Shown: positions 1 to 12,100 of the stretch, piece by piece
How the letters are laid out: each line of letters starts with the position of its first letter
Numbering within the stretch: the first letter of the stretch is position 1
Source: Camelus ferus
Lineage: Eukaryota
Assembly (NCBI RefSeq): GCF_009834535.1
Contig: NC_045711.1
Span: 48,732,001-48,796,000, forward strand
DNA: 64,000 nt
Direction: 5' to 3'
Position numbers and translations under genes: made by a program
Notes under the pieces: model-generated
Databases searched by the model: none
The model's input: the letters and a program-made list of their open reading frames with translations, nothing else
What the model was told of the DNA's origin: nothing

Positions 1-128
1 TTTTTTTTTGAGGGGGTAGGTAATTAGGTTTATTTATTTATTTGTTTTTTAGAGGAGGTACTGGGGATTGAACCCAGGACCTCGTGCATGCTAAACATGT
101 GCTCTACCACTTGAACTATACCCTCCCC
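1..128 (-). mobile_element. tRNA-derived SINE (camelid Vic-1-like), tail truncated by window edge
   Basis: Reverse complement reads GGGGAGGGTATAGTTCAAGTGGTAGAGCACATG...GGTCCTGGGTTCAATCCCCAGTACCTCC (A/B boxes) followed by an AT-rich/poly(A) tail. Family name from memory. Confidence 0.85.
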
Positions 129-134
129 TTCATC

Positions 135-2090
135 TTTCTTCTTAATGTTAATGTGGTAAATTACATAAATTGATTTTTCACTGTTAAAGCAACCTTAAAA
201 TCCTAGCTAAATCTAACTTAGTCTTAATGTATTATTCTTTTTTATTGCTTGATTTGATTTTATATTTATTTTCTATTTTTGCATCTAAGTTCATGGGTGA
301 GACTGGCCTGCATTTTTCTTTCTCTTGTTCTTGTTAGGTTTTGCTAGCATTAGAAATGATTTGAAAGGTGTTCGCTCTTTTTCTATTCTCTGGAAGAGTT
401 TGTTAAGTTTGGAATTATGTATTCTTGAATGCTTAATTGAATTTACTGGAGAAACCATCTGGGCTTGGAATTTTCTTTGTGGGAAGATTTTTACTGTTGA
501 TATAATATCCTTTCTGGTTATAGGATTTTTCACATTTTTCAGCAAGTTATACTTTTCTAGGAGAGCTCTCATTTCATCTAAAATCTTAAATTTATTGGCA
601 TAATGTTGTTCTAATATCCTTTTATTCTTTTAATGCCTACAGCATCTATAGTACTATCCCCTGTTCATTTTTGAAATTGATTATATGTGCTTCTTCTCCC
701 TTTCTTTTTCTCCTTATTATTCTTCTCAGATCCAATGTCTGTCTTTATTGAACTTCTTTATTATTTGTTTCCTATTTTATTTACTGTGCTCCTTTTTAAT
801 TTTCTTTCCTTCCATCTATTTGGATTTATTTTGCTAACATTTTTTCTAGCTTCTTGACATAGATATTTAAACAATTAAGGTGATACATATTTTTCCTCTA
901 AAAAATGGCTTTAGGTTAATCTCACAAGTTTGACATGTATATTTTTATTGCTAAAATTTTTTCTAATTTCCATGAATATTTCTTCCTTGACCCTTAAGTT
1001 ATTTAAAAATGTGTGCCTTACTTTCCTAACATTGTGATATCTAATAATGTTTTTGTTATTGATTTCTAGCTTAATTTGACTGTGGTCAGAGAAGATGCTA
1101 TATATGATTTCAATCCTTTAAACATGCTGAAACTTCTTTTATGCCTCAACACATGGACAATGTTTATAAATGTTCCAGGTGTATATTCTGCAGTTACAGT
1201 TCAGTATAACTTTCTAAAAATGTCCATCAGTTCAAGTTTGTTAATCATGTTGTTCAAATCATCTATATTACTGACATTCTTAGCTATTTATTCTATAAAT
1301 TACTAAGAGAAGTTTGGTAAAATCTTCACTATGGTTGTGTACTTGACTATATTGTCTTCTGATCTGTCAATGTTTGCTTTCTATATTTTGAGATTATGTT
1401 CTTATGTGCACAACAGTTTAAAGTTGTTGTATCTTCCTGGTAAATTGAAACTTTTATCATTGTGAAGTGACCTTCTTTGTCACTAATAATGTTTTATGCC
1501 TCAAGTTTATTTTGCCTAATATTAATACATCTACACCAGTTTCCTTTTGGTTACTATTTACATATCAAATATTTTTCCATTGCTTTATTTTCAATATTTT
1601 ATATCCTTATGCTATTCAGATATGTCTCATAAACAGCAAATAGATAAATTTACCCATTCTGGCAGTATTTTATTTTTGCTGGTTCATTTAGCCCTGTACA
1701 TGTAATGTAGTTTCTAAAACATTCAGATTTCATTCCACTGTTTTCTTTTGCACTTTTTATTTGTCTCAGCTGTTCTAGGTTTCTCTTTCTCTTGTTTCTT
1801 GTAGACTTTTTGTTGATAACCTTTTTATCATTCCATTTTTTTCCCTCCCCTAGTTTGTTTCTATTCTTTTGATGGTTACCTTAAAATTATAGCATACATA
1901 CTAAATTATCAATCTAAAATTAAAGTCTAAAATTAAGCAATATCTTTTATCTTTTCCCAGACAAAATATAACCCTTTAGAACACTTTAAATTCATTATAT
2001 TATTACCATGTATTTAACCCCACAAGATACTAATACTATTTTACTATATTTATATACAATTCCTGTTCATTTAGATGTAACCATATATTT
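135..2090 (-). mobile_element. Old degraded LINE-1 (L1M-type) fragment(s), antisense
   Basis: Long, very T-rich stretch with L1-like antisense motifs (e.g. ttttctattctctggaagagtttg) and no sustained ORF. Boundaries approximate. Confidence 0.5.
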
Positions 2091-3554
2091 ACCAGGGATA
2101 ATAAATAACCTAGCTTGCGATTACCAGAAACAAGATTGACATCACCATTCTTGAATGTTCTTCACCTGTCCTGTATCTGGAAGTCTTTACTACCTCACCT
2201 TGTCTCAGCCTCTCCATCTTGCTTGTGCTTCTCTCCTCCTCCATTCTCTCTTTTCAGTGTCCCTCTCTTCCATCTTAGGAGCAAAATCAATAAAGTCCTC
2301 AATTTGTTACCTGAAAAGTAGTTTTCTCTCTTCAAGACCTGTTGGCATCCAACTGTGTAGGATGTTATCGATCCCAAGGTGGCTAAACTAGCATTTCTTC
2401 AAAATGGTTTCCTTCCTAACTCAGACTAGAGACATGCAGAAGCTATCAGAAGGGGGTTTTGCTTGAGCTAAGAGGTCTGAAGAATGAGTAAGAGTTAGTG
2501 GACTCTCCCAAATCCTTTCAAGCTCAGATAATGAATATCCCAACTGTCTCCATTTCAAAGCCATCTCTATCACCAGTTTCAGCTTCTGGAGCAGGAAATT
2601 CCTTACAGACTTATGTAATTAATGCATTGAACTTCACTCTGAAATCAGAAATGTGGAATGAAAAGAGAGGGAAATCAGCAGATCAAATAAGATCCTCAGG
2701 TTTCTGGGTTAGTTTAATCCCCCCTAGACAAGTAGTTCCTTGCTGGCACTCTAAGAGGACAGGGGAAAAAAAAGAAAAATCATGTGACAACTGGTTGAGT
2801 CAGCCTCATGGAATTCCAGATGTGTCTCCCAAACTTCCCCCAACTCAAAGGCACTTTTGAAGCAAACAAATGTTTCCTGGGCCCTAGGAAAGAAAAGAGA
2901 AACTTAAGCCTCGTTCTCTGAAAACTTTCACATCAGTGGAACACACATATGTATTAATAATTGAAGTGTAATATGATGAATGCTGTAATAGCAATGTATT
3001 CAACATGCTATGGGGCACAGAGAGGAAGAAGTAAACAAATTCTTTGGAAAACTGGGATAACTACTGAGGAAGGGATATTTGAGCCATAGCTTAAAAGATG
3101 GATAAGCTGGAGGAAGGTAATGCAGGTAGAGGGAGAGTGTAACTTATATATAAAAAAAAAAAAAAAGCACATCCTTGTAAAAGTACATGACATGATCAAA
3201 TAAAAAACCAATAGTTGGCACGGCTGGCATCAGAGTTTAAGGAAGAGGGAAGGGGACGGGACAGTGTCAGATGTAAGAGGGGCCTACCCTGTTACCTCTT
3301 ACTAAACGCTCTGTCTCATAGTACCCTGTATTTTTTTTATAACACTCTTCCTACTTTGAACCTTCTTGTTCAATGTCTGTTTTTTCCCAGTATTCATCCT
3401 TAATACTGGGGAGTCAATAAGTGCTATCTAAAATTAATAAATGAAGAACAAATATAAGAATATCATTTTTACATATAATAGTAAGAGAAAAACTGTTAAC
3501 ATGGCTGTCTCAAGAAAGTGGGGCTAGGTTATGGGATTTGAAATGAAACTTTCA

Positions 3555-3880
3555 GAAAAAAGAAGACACTAAGGAACTCATCTACAAAACAGAAACACAG
3601 ACTTATAGACATAGTAAACAATCTTACGGTTACTGGGGTAGGGGGAGGGTGTGGGAAGGGATAAATTGGGAGTTTGAGATTTGCAAACATTAACTACTAT
3701 GTATAAAATAGATTTTTAAAATTCTGTATAGCACGGGGGACTATATTCAATATCTTGTAGTAACCTATAATGAAAAAGAATATGAAAACTAATATATGTA
3801 TGTATATGTATGACTGAAATATTATGCTGTACACAGAAACTGATACATTATAACTGACTATACTTCAATTTTAAAAAAAG
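3555..3880 (+). mobile_element. 5'-truncated LINE-1 3' end (laurasiatherian type)
   Basis: Typical L1 3' UTR (gaactcatctacaaaacagaaac...gggagtttgagatttgca...ctatattcaatatcttgta...cttcaatt) ending in an A-tail; similar to the copies at 28.4 and 45.8 kb. Flanks gaaatgaaactttca / gaaaggatactttta may be a decayed TSD. Confidence 0.85.
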
Positions 3881-3959
3881 AAAGGATACTTTTACTTAAT
3901 TTGTTTATATTCTTTTGTACTGTTCAAATGTTTTCATGTATATATATTATGTTTTTAAA

Positions 3960-4980
3960 TTAAAGTTTTTATTGAGATAAAAACTTACAGTAAAGTGTGC
4001 AGATCTTAAGTGTTAGCTTAATAAATGTTTACACGTGTAAATATCCATGTAACCACTATGTTTCCCGTGCCGCAGGAGAGTCCCTTGTGCCCCTTCCCAG
4101 GCAATACTGTTCCCACTAAGATAAACACTATTTTGACTTCTACCACCATTGCTTAGTTTTGCCTGAACTTGAGCTTCATATAAATGGAATCATACAGTAT
4201 TGTGGTGGCCATGGAGGGTACCTACAGATTTTCTTTAGGAGAACCTACTGTGGGAAGTGTAAGACTGAGAACCCCTAGCCTGCCCCTCTGCAGATCTGCC
4301 TCCTGAGCCCGGCTCCCCTGGGCTGCTCCCAGCCAAAGGCTGAGCATGAGGTGCTGGAGCCTGGCCATCCTGCCTGATGGGGAGTCCGGCAGACCACCTT
4401 TGCTCAGGTCGGCTTGGCTGAGGCCCTCAGACTGCGCTGCCATCAGGACACTGCCTAACTCAACCTTTCCCTCCTGCCCTTCTTTCACAGGTTTTAGACC
4501 AGCACTGTGATGTGCCACACTCATTTCCTGCTCCCTCTCCCTTTATTCTTCATGGACTTCTCCCCTAAAAAGTCTCTTGTATGTCTGATTCCATTTTGGA
4601 ACCTACTTCTCACAGGACCCAAATATAAATATACGTTTTTGTGTAGGCTTCATTTGCTCAGCATTATGACTGTGAGAGCCATGCATGTTGTTATGTGTAA
4701 TTTGTTCTCTTTTATTGCATAAGTATACAACAGTATATGTATCCATCCTAATGATATTGACATTTGAATAGTTTCCAGCTTGGGGCTCTTATTTTAACAT
4801 TTTTGTACGTGCATGTCTTTTGGCAAAAACGTGCGCTCGTTTCTCTTGGGTATGGGCCGAGGAAGTGAGGTTGCTGAGTCACAGGCATATGTTTAGCTTT
4901 AGTAGATACTGTCAAACAGTTTTCCAAAGTGGTGGACCAATCTATGCTCCAACAGCACTTATAAGAGTTCCTGTTGCATC
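3960..4980 (-). mobile_element. Old L1 3' end (antisense) interrupted by an LTR
   Basis: aaatggaatcatacagtat (4181-4200) resumes as tttttgtgtaggcttcatttgctcagcattatg after about 4630, the usual continuation of an old L1 3' end. Confidence 0.6.
4201..4627. mobile_element. MLT-like solo LTR nested in L1
   Basis: GC-richer insert starting TGTGG and ending ...ttctcacaggacccaaatata, resembling MLT termini; splits the L1 above. Confidence 0.55.
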
Positions 4981-5414
4981 TAATATTTTTATGAATTAAA
5001 AAAAAAAACTCTAGTTCAAAAGATAAAAAACAAATTTCTGTTATATCATCCTAGCTTCATGTTTGAATTACCATTTTTAAAACTGCTCCATACAAAAGAT
5101 GTTAACATACCCCAAAATGTTAACAGTGGTTATATTAAAAGGAGAAGGGACTTTGACTTTGAGAAATACCTGAAATGCTTTACAACAAGTATATATTTCT
5201 TTTACTTTTAATTGGATTGTCTTAAATACTAAATAGAACTAAAAGGCTTATGATGATAACCAGCAGTCTCCTCCTCCACTCCTCCATACCCATCACTCCC
5301 ACCCCTCCTAGCTTGCACTCCTTTCATTGCTTTCCTGCTTCCAAAGATGTATTGAAATCCCTTATCTGCAGCCTAATGCTCTTTATCCTTGTGGGTTTGT
5401 ATCTTTTCCAACGC

Positions 5415-5420
5415 TTTATT
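5415..5420 (-). terminator. Candidate GSDMB polyadenylation signal AATAAA
   Basis: TTTATT on the + strand about 300 nt past the GSDMB stop; the first such hexamer I found downstream of it. Confidence 0.55.
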
Positions 5421-5581
5421 GGCATTTAGTGAGATTTCAAGAGGGAGAGGAAATTGATATGATCAATCTACCACTTTTAATCAGAAATACATGCATACAA
5501 TCCAGGCTGATTTTTGGACAGTATCCCAGTGAATAGGATGTATCAAAAATAGCCAGTGGCTTGTTTTAAAGACATTGTTCT

Positions 5582-5642
5582 GGGCGGGGGAGGATATAGC
5601 TCAAGTGGTAGAGCACACGCTTAGCATGCCCAGGGTCCTGGG
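5582..5642 (+). mobile_element. 3'-truncated Vic-1-like SINE head in the GSDMB 3' UTR (antisense to GSDMB)
   Basis: gggcgggggaggatatagctcaagtggtagagcacacgcttagcatgcccagggtcctggg, then breaks off without the end of the B box or a tail. Confidence 0.8.
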
Positions 5643-5716
5643 AATGGGGATGGTGAGGATAGACTGGGGAAGGGAGCACCCAGAGACTTGGTTGAATTGT
5701 TGAAGAGCTAACAGAG

Positions 5717-5860
5717 TTAGGAACACCCAGTGTCAGGCTTCTCACCCAGCTGCAGCAGGGTGGAGACAACAACGTAAAGGGCGTAGAGAGTTCGTGCCTG
5801 GGGGTCACAGCCCACATCCTGGGGCTGCTCCCTCCAGTCCTGCTTCAGGATAGACTCCAC
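5717..5860 (-). CDS. GSDMB: GSDMB exon 11 (terminal)
   Basis: [50 protein letters not shown] at 5719-5717. Confidence 0.93.
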   Translation of the reverse strand: MESILKQDWREQPQDVGCDPQARTLYALYVVVSTLLQLGEKPDTGCS

Positions 5861-8800
5861 CTGGAAGGAAATCCACCAGAATGTAAAAGCTAGGAACAAG
5901 GAAATATACTAGAAATGGCAAATACGTGGACACATTCCTTAATCCTGAGCCCACGGCAGACACAGTTATCCATCACGGCACTCTCTCCTGCGGAGCCCAG
6001 AGAGCCTCACACCCTCAGCATAGTGACAGGCACTGCTCATCAGTCAGCGTTGGCACTCAAGGTGGAGCCAGCCACCCTCCCGGGACTAACAGTTTTCCAC
6101 CCGCTCTCTTGCCCACAGGCAAGCAACAGAGCCTGAAAAGCACATCCCTAATTGTCCCAGAAACTGTACGTCTAGGGAATTGCCACAAACCGGCTACACA
6201 GACAGGAGCTGACAGAATTATAAAGGAGAAAGAGGCTGGTTCCTAGGGTCCCTTGAGAGCATGCGCATTCACTTCCAGTGGGACTTGGGCCCTCAGCCCA
6301 GGCTGGTCTTACCTTGTTCTTCAACAGGGGCAGGGTCCCCTTCTCTAGGACCTCAGCCACAAGCTGCCGCTCCTCAGACAGCTCTGGGGGCAAAAAAGAG
6401 GGTGACTGGCAGAGAGGAGAGGCACGTAATGGGACAGGGCTTCACTGTCTGGTCAGACCTGGGACAAGCATCAGAGGAGGTTCCCGAGAGCCAGATGGGG
6501 GTTATTCCAAATGGGCTCCTGCTTTCCTCTTAGCCTGGGGAAGGGGAAGGGGAAGCAGTCCCTCAATCCCTGGCCTGGGGAAGATGGCTAGTTTCTGAAA
6601 TGTGAAGGTCTATGCCTCACAAAATGTAAAAGGCAATGTATACCCCCTTCCTCCCAAGATTTGATGCCCCACAGGCCCCTCTGCTCAGCGTCTCCTCCAG
6701 GCCAGCTCACATCCAAACCCTTCCTCACCTGTCATGGCATCTAGGACATCCCAGATGGCTTCTGCGCGCACTTCTACGAAGATCCCAGCAGCATTAAAAA
6801 GGCTGCTTATGAAAAGAAATGCTGGGCCCTCTATCTGTAGCTCACCGGACCTCAGGACATCAGACACCTAGGGCCAGGACAGGGGAGATGAGCCCAGTCC
6901 CACGATAGCAGACTGTCTTCAGTGTGTCACCTGCCCTCCCCACAGGCTCCTCTCTCCCTCTGCCCCAGTCCTTCCTTGGGCCTCTTACTCTTTGCTGTAG
7001 ATCCTGCAGCTGTTCATCCCTGCTGAGGCACTCAGTGAGGCAGCTTAGCACCTCTTTTCGCTCGTCCTCAGTCAGACCCTGGAGGGCTCTCATCATGTCC
7101 TGCACCTTCTCCTCCATGTTTCTGAAATCCTCCAAACTCAAGGACTTCCCTGTAGAAGCAGAAATTAAGAACCCAACCCACAGCCCAGCAAGCTCCATTA
7201 CCTAGGCCCCCATTTTTCTGTCTTTATTCTGGAGACCACCTCTCTGTATCTTCCCTTCTTCTAATCTTTTCCTGTTAAAACAAAGCATCCTTCTTCCTAG
7301 ACATCCATCATCATTGCCTCCCACTGGCCCCATGTCCACCTCCCCAGCTCAGCCTCAGTCTAGGACCAAATCCAAATTCTTCTCCACCTCCAGGAAATCA
7401 AAGCCTATTTAGTCCTTGCCATTCAAAGGACAGTCTCTGGACAGCAGTAGGAGTACTGAAGATTTGGAGGAAATTAGAGCATTGGTTCTCAGCCTTGACA
7501 GTGCATGAGACTCACTTGGGGAGTGATTAAAAATCCCAATGTCCAGATCAGGCCACATCCCCGGATCAGTTGAATCAGAATTTCTGGAGGTGGGACTCAG
7601 GTATCACTAGTTTTAAAGTTCCCCCCAGGTGATGTCTACGTACAACCAATGAGAATCACTGTAGTGTTTAGGGAGGCAGATGCAATCCCCAGACTAAAGC
7701 TGAAAACTGCTTTGGACACTGCCCAACCCTTCTGCTCCCAACACACCCCACTACCAGGCACACACACACATACTCAGCTGCCACATCTGAGCTGAACTCC
7801 TTGCGGCCACAGGACCCAAGGGTGAGAGGTGCAGCACACAGCTGCACACAGCTGGCACACAGCTGGCCCCCATCCTTACCTAACCAAGGTGAACCACCAT
7901 CTTTTGCTGCAAAGAGAGGAAGAAGAGTCTTCAGACTAATCTCATAAGAGTCTTCAGGTCACCTCCACCCCAATGTGGACATTCTTTTCCCAGTGGTGGA
8001 AGTTTTCATTTCTGGACTCTGAGTCCTCATGGCCAATGCCAGGGAGCCTGCATCCTCGTCATTGTGTGTCAGTGACAAAGCACTATATTTGCAGACCCTT
8101 TCCTACATCTCAGAGATGGGCAGCCATAGGATTAGGCCTAGAATGATTGAAGGAGAAATGGAAGCCCAGAGAGGGTGCACCACGCCCTCAGCCACTCAGC
8201 AAATTTGGGTCAGGGCACAAACTGGAATCTGTCCCCTGACTCCTCTGTTACAGAACTTTGGAGTGACAGAGATGCACTCTTTTGAGCTAGCCAGGCCTTG
8301 CCAGGACTGAACCTGCAACTTCTACAACTTCCAGAAATTTTTTTTGAATTTTCTACCCCATCTAGATCTCTCCCTACTTCTTCCCAAGACCTCTTAGGCT
8401 GTACAACCCTTATGGGATTCGGGGAAAGACTCTGAAATTCCAGAGGAAGCCACATTCAGAATCATCAGGATCTTCTAGTCTAGTCCTAGCTCATTTTGAA
8501 GTCAGTATAACCATGACTCAGGAAGCTCCAGAGCCGGCAAGCAGCACAGCCAGCACTAGATCGGCCCTGAGATCATCTGACTCCCAGCCCATTGCTCCTT
8601 TCACAGCTACTGCTGTCATGTGAGAACTGGCCAGGCAACTCAATTGTGCTTCCTTGGCCAACAAGCCTTCATAGGGGCTGTGAGCCCAGGACCCAGCACA
8701 CTGACCTGCACAGAGCCAACTGAAGTTAGCAGAGCCTGGAAACCCTGGGCTAACATGCAATCCAACCTGCTTCTCCAACAGGCAGACTCTTCTCCTGCCC

Positions 8801-9092
8801 TGACCACAGTTCCCAGCTGGGTGCATCCTATTACATTCTCAGCACTCATAACTCTATAATTCCAAGCCATTTGTTATTCTCTTCTTAGAACTAGTATCCT
8901 TGCCCATTCTGGAACAATGAACAGGGGCCCAGAAGCTCACTCACCTTCTGGAAAGGATTTTGTTTCACCCGAAAAACAAATACCTAAACCAGTCAAAAAA
9001 GAGACAGAGAAAGACCAGTTATCACAAAGTCCAGTTCTCTCTCTGTAAGTTCTTCTTTCTAGCTTCTCCCCAGTCTTCCCACCCTGCCCCAA

Positions 9093-9147
<55 letters not shown>

Positions 9148-12100
9148 ACTGGGAGAGAGATGGGAGTTAACACCTCTAGAGAAGAATTAGTGTCGTGGGG
9201 GTGCAAGTCCTGGGTCAGTAGTTTCTGAGCAAGCACCCTCCATCCTTCTTCCCAGTCCTGAACCCTCCCTCTTCCCTGGAACTTCCACCCACTTTCAAGC
9301 TCACCCGGGGCCCCTCCAGGCTGACACAGAACCTGGCGGAATTGAACCCCACGCACCTCATGTGCTCAGCCCCTCAACCCCAGGCCTTGCTTACTCATCG
9401 TCTCCGTGTTGGGGAAGACCAGCTGCTTTATTCGATAGCCCAGGACCTTCTTAGGGGGAATGGTCACTGCCATTTGGTGCTAGGAAAAAGGCGCTCACAT
9501 TTATTAATCCATAGGTGCTTGACATAGTTATCTTGCCTGATCTCCCAAACAATCCTGGGAGGTAGACATTTTCATCCTTTTTTTTTTTTTTTTAATGGAG
9601 GCACTGGGGAATGAATCCGGGACCTCACAAGCTAAGCATGCGCTCTACCACTGAGCTCTACCCACTCCCCATCCTCGTTTTACAGATGAGAAAACCTGGG
9701 CTCTGAGAGGGTCAGTACATAAGCCTGTTTTCACAGCAGCAGAGCCGACATTTAAACCAGCATCTGACCCCAAAACTCATGTGGTTCCTAATTCATTCAA
9801 CAAATACTTATTGAGGACAAAATATGCCTGTTTTGTTCCAGGCATTGTGGCTCCTGCCTTCTGCCTCCTAGAAAGGGAGGCAGGCAATGAATAAGCAAAA
9901 CACAACCATGTAATTATGAGCCGTGGGAAGCGCTATGGAGCAAATGAAAGCAGAGGATCACTAGAGAGTAACAGGAGAGCAACTTATGATGCCACTAAGC
10001 GCAGGTGCCAGAGTCGTAAGAAGGCCAAGGAGCAGGCAAGACTCCTCAGAGAAGTTGAAAGGAAGAGCCGAAGAGCCTGGCGTCTGGACCGGCATCCCCC
10101 AGACCTGCAAGGGATGAACGAAGGCTGACTCTCCCACAGCCCCTGCCTCCCAGGATCCTAACCTTGTATTCACATTGGAGATTCAAAAAATCCATCAGGA
10201 TCTTCAAAATACATCGCTTTCCACTTTCCCCGGTTTCCTCCTTTGTCGTCTCCAGAGTTTCTGTCACCAGATACAGGTCTTCTTTCATATTCTGGATTGA
10301 TCGGAATGAAAGGGGCAGTTCCCTCTTCAGCTTCCTGGACAAAGTAGAGGGGAAATGAGAGGGGCCCCACCTCCCAGGAGCATTTATTTCTCCTTCTCCA
10401 CCAGCTACTTCCTATTTAAGAGTAAGTGCTTCTGAGGCTGGAAAACCAAGGAACACAGCACTCCCTCCCCATTGCTGTTCACTTTACGCCCTGTCAGGGG
10501 AAGGGGGTGCAAGGTGGGAGGGGAACCCACTAGCATTTATGGACGCCCACAGTGTGCCAGCACCATGAGACACCTCACGCATCATTCCACTTAACCCTCA
10601 CCACAACCTTACGTCGTAGGCAGGATTGCATCTACTTTTCATGTGAGGAAATTGAGGCTTTCGAGACAGGTCATGAATGGTCCAAGTTCACACAGCTAAT
10701 AAGGGTAGAGCTGGGTTTCAAACCCCTGTCGGCATGAGTCCAAAGCCTGTGGTGCCCTTCGCTTGGCCCTGAGAAGGACATCTGCCCAGTCCCCGACACC
10801 CCCGTCTCTGAGAGGGTCTCCAGCTCCCCGTGCTGGTTTCTTGGGCCTGGCCGCATTGTCCACACTTGGGGCCCATGAGGCATCTCTCATTCCACAAGGA
10901 AATTCATTTTGTGACCTAAAACAACCTGATGGAATTTCTGGTATTTGCAACCAAAAGACGCCTTAAGAAAGACTTACATCCCTCCCTGACCTTCCTTTAC
11001 CTATCCTGTACCCTCCCCACAACTCTGTTTACACATTCCACAAATCCTCACCCTAGAAACAACAGGCATTCTAGAAGAAATTGAGTTCCCTTAGAAAAAC
11101 TCCAAAGGCCCCTCCCCAGCAATACCCTGGTGGGTAGTAGATCAAAGGATCACTAAAATTTCACCATAAGACTTTCAGTTTTTAATTGAAAAAGGAAAAA
11201 CAAAAGGCATCCACCCTGCTCAGCGAGAGCTAGCCTAGGAGAACAGTGGGGCCCCTTCCCCTGAGCTGTCCACACTTTCCAACAACTCCAGCCAGGGAAG
11301 AAAACACCAATGCCAACAAGACGATTGCTGCTGATGTCCCTCTAAGTCCTTTGGAAAGACCATGCCCTCAGCTATCAGAACTTCTGTGGCACTAGCTTGG
11401 TGCCACCCTGGTGGGGTGGGTGGCGGCACTTCCTGTGCAGGAAACGTGCAGGGGCACTTCAATTTCATTGTGCTTCACTTTAGTTCTCTTACTGAATACT
11501 TCCTGTGTGCTGGAGATAAACAGAGAGCTGAGTAAAGTCTGTTCTCAGCGCAGTGGAGGAGAGGGACATGGAAACCAGTGGCTTGCTGCAAGGCAGAGTG
11601 AAACACGCCCAAACTCCAGATGTGGGCAGCACAGTATAGGAAAGCAGAGGACAGTGGCCTCTTGAAACCAGCAGGTTTTGGTCCATGCCAGAGTAACCGG
11701 TCACTCTGGTGGACAGCAGGGAAGTGAGTGAATTGGGGAAATCAGAAGAAGGATTCTTGGAACCTGATCCTGGAAGAGCGAGAAGGCTTCCTGAGGATGG
11801 AGGGGAGGAAGGCGTGCCTAAGTAAAGGAGTGGACTTGGGGAGTGCTGGGAGTGGAGAGAGAGAGGCTGCAGCAGCCAGGGTTCCCCCCCCATCTCGGAT
11901 GCCCGTGGTGCCCAAAATGGGCTCCTCCTGTCTCATTCCCCACTGCAACCCACATCCAGCCTTACCTGTTCTCAAGGGAATCCAGGTATCGCGGGGATAT
12001 CCAGGTCTTCAATAACGTGGTGCTCCGCTTCCAGGACCTGCTGAATTCCATTTCAATGGGTTTTTTAAGTAATGTCAATGTCTCACTTCCCTTTGAGTCT

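Noticed and set aside
1-5400. Possible 3' exons of ZPBP2, the usual left neighbour of GSDMB
   Set aside because: No ZPBP2-like translation found; the region is L1/LTR-derived, so the gene probably lies outside the window.
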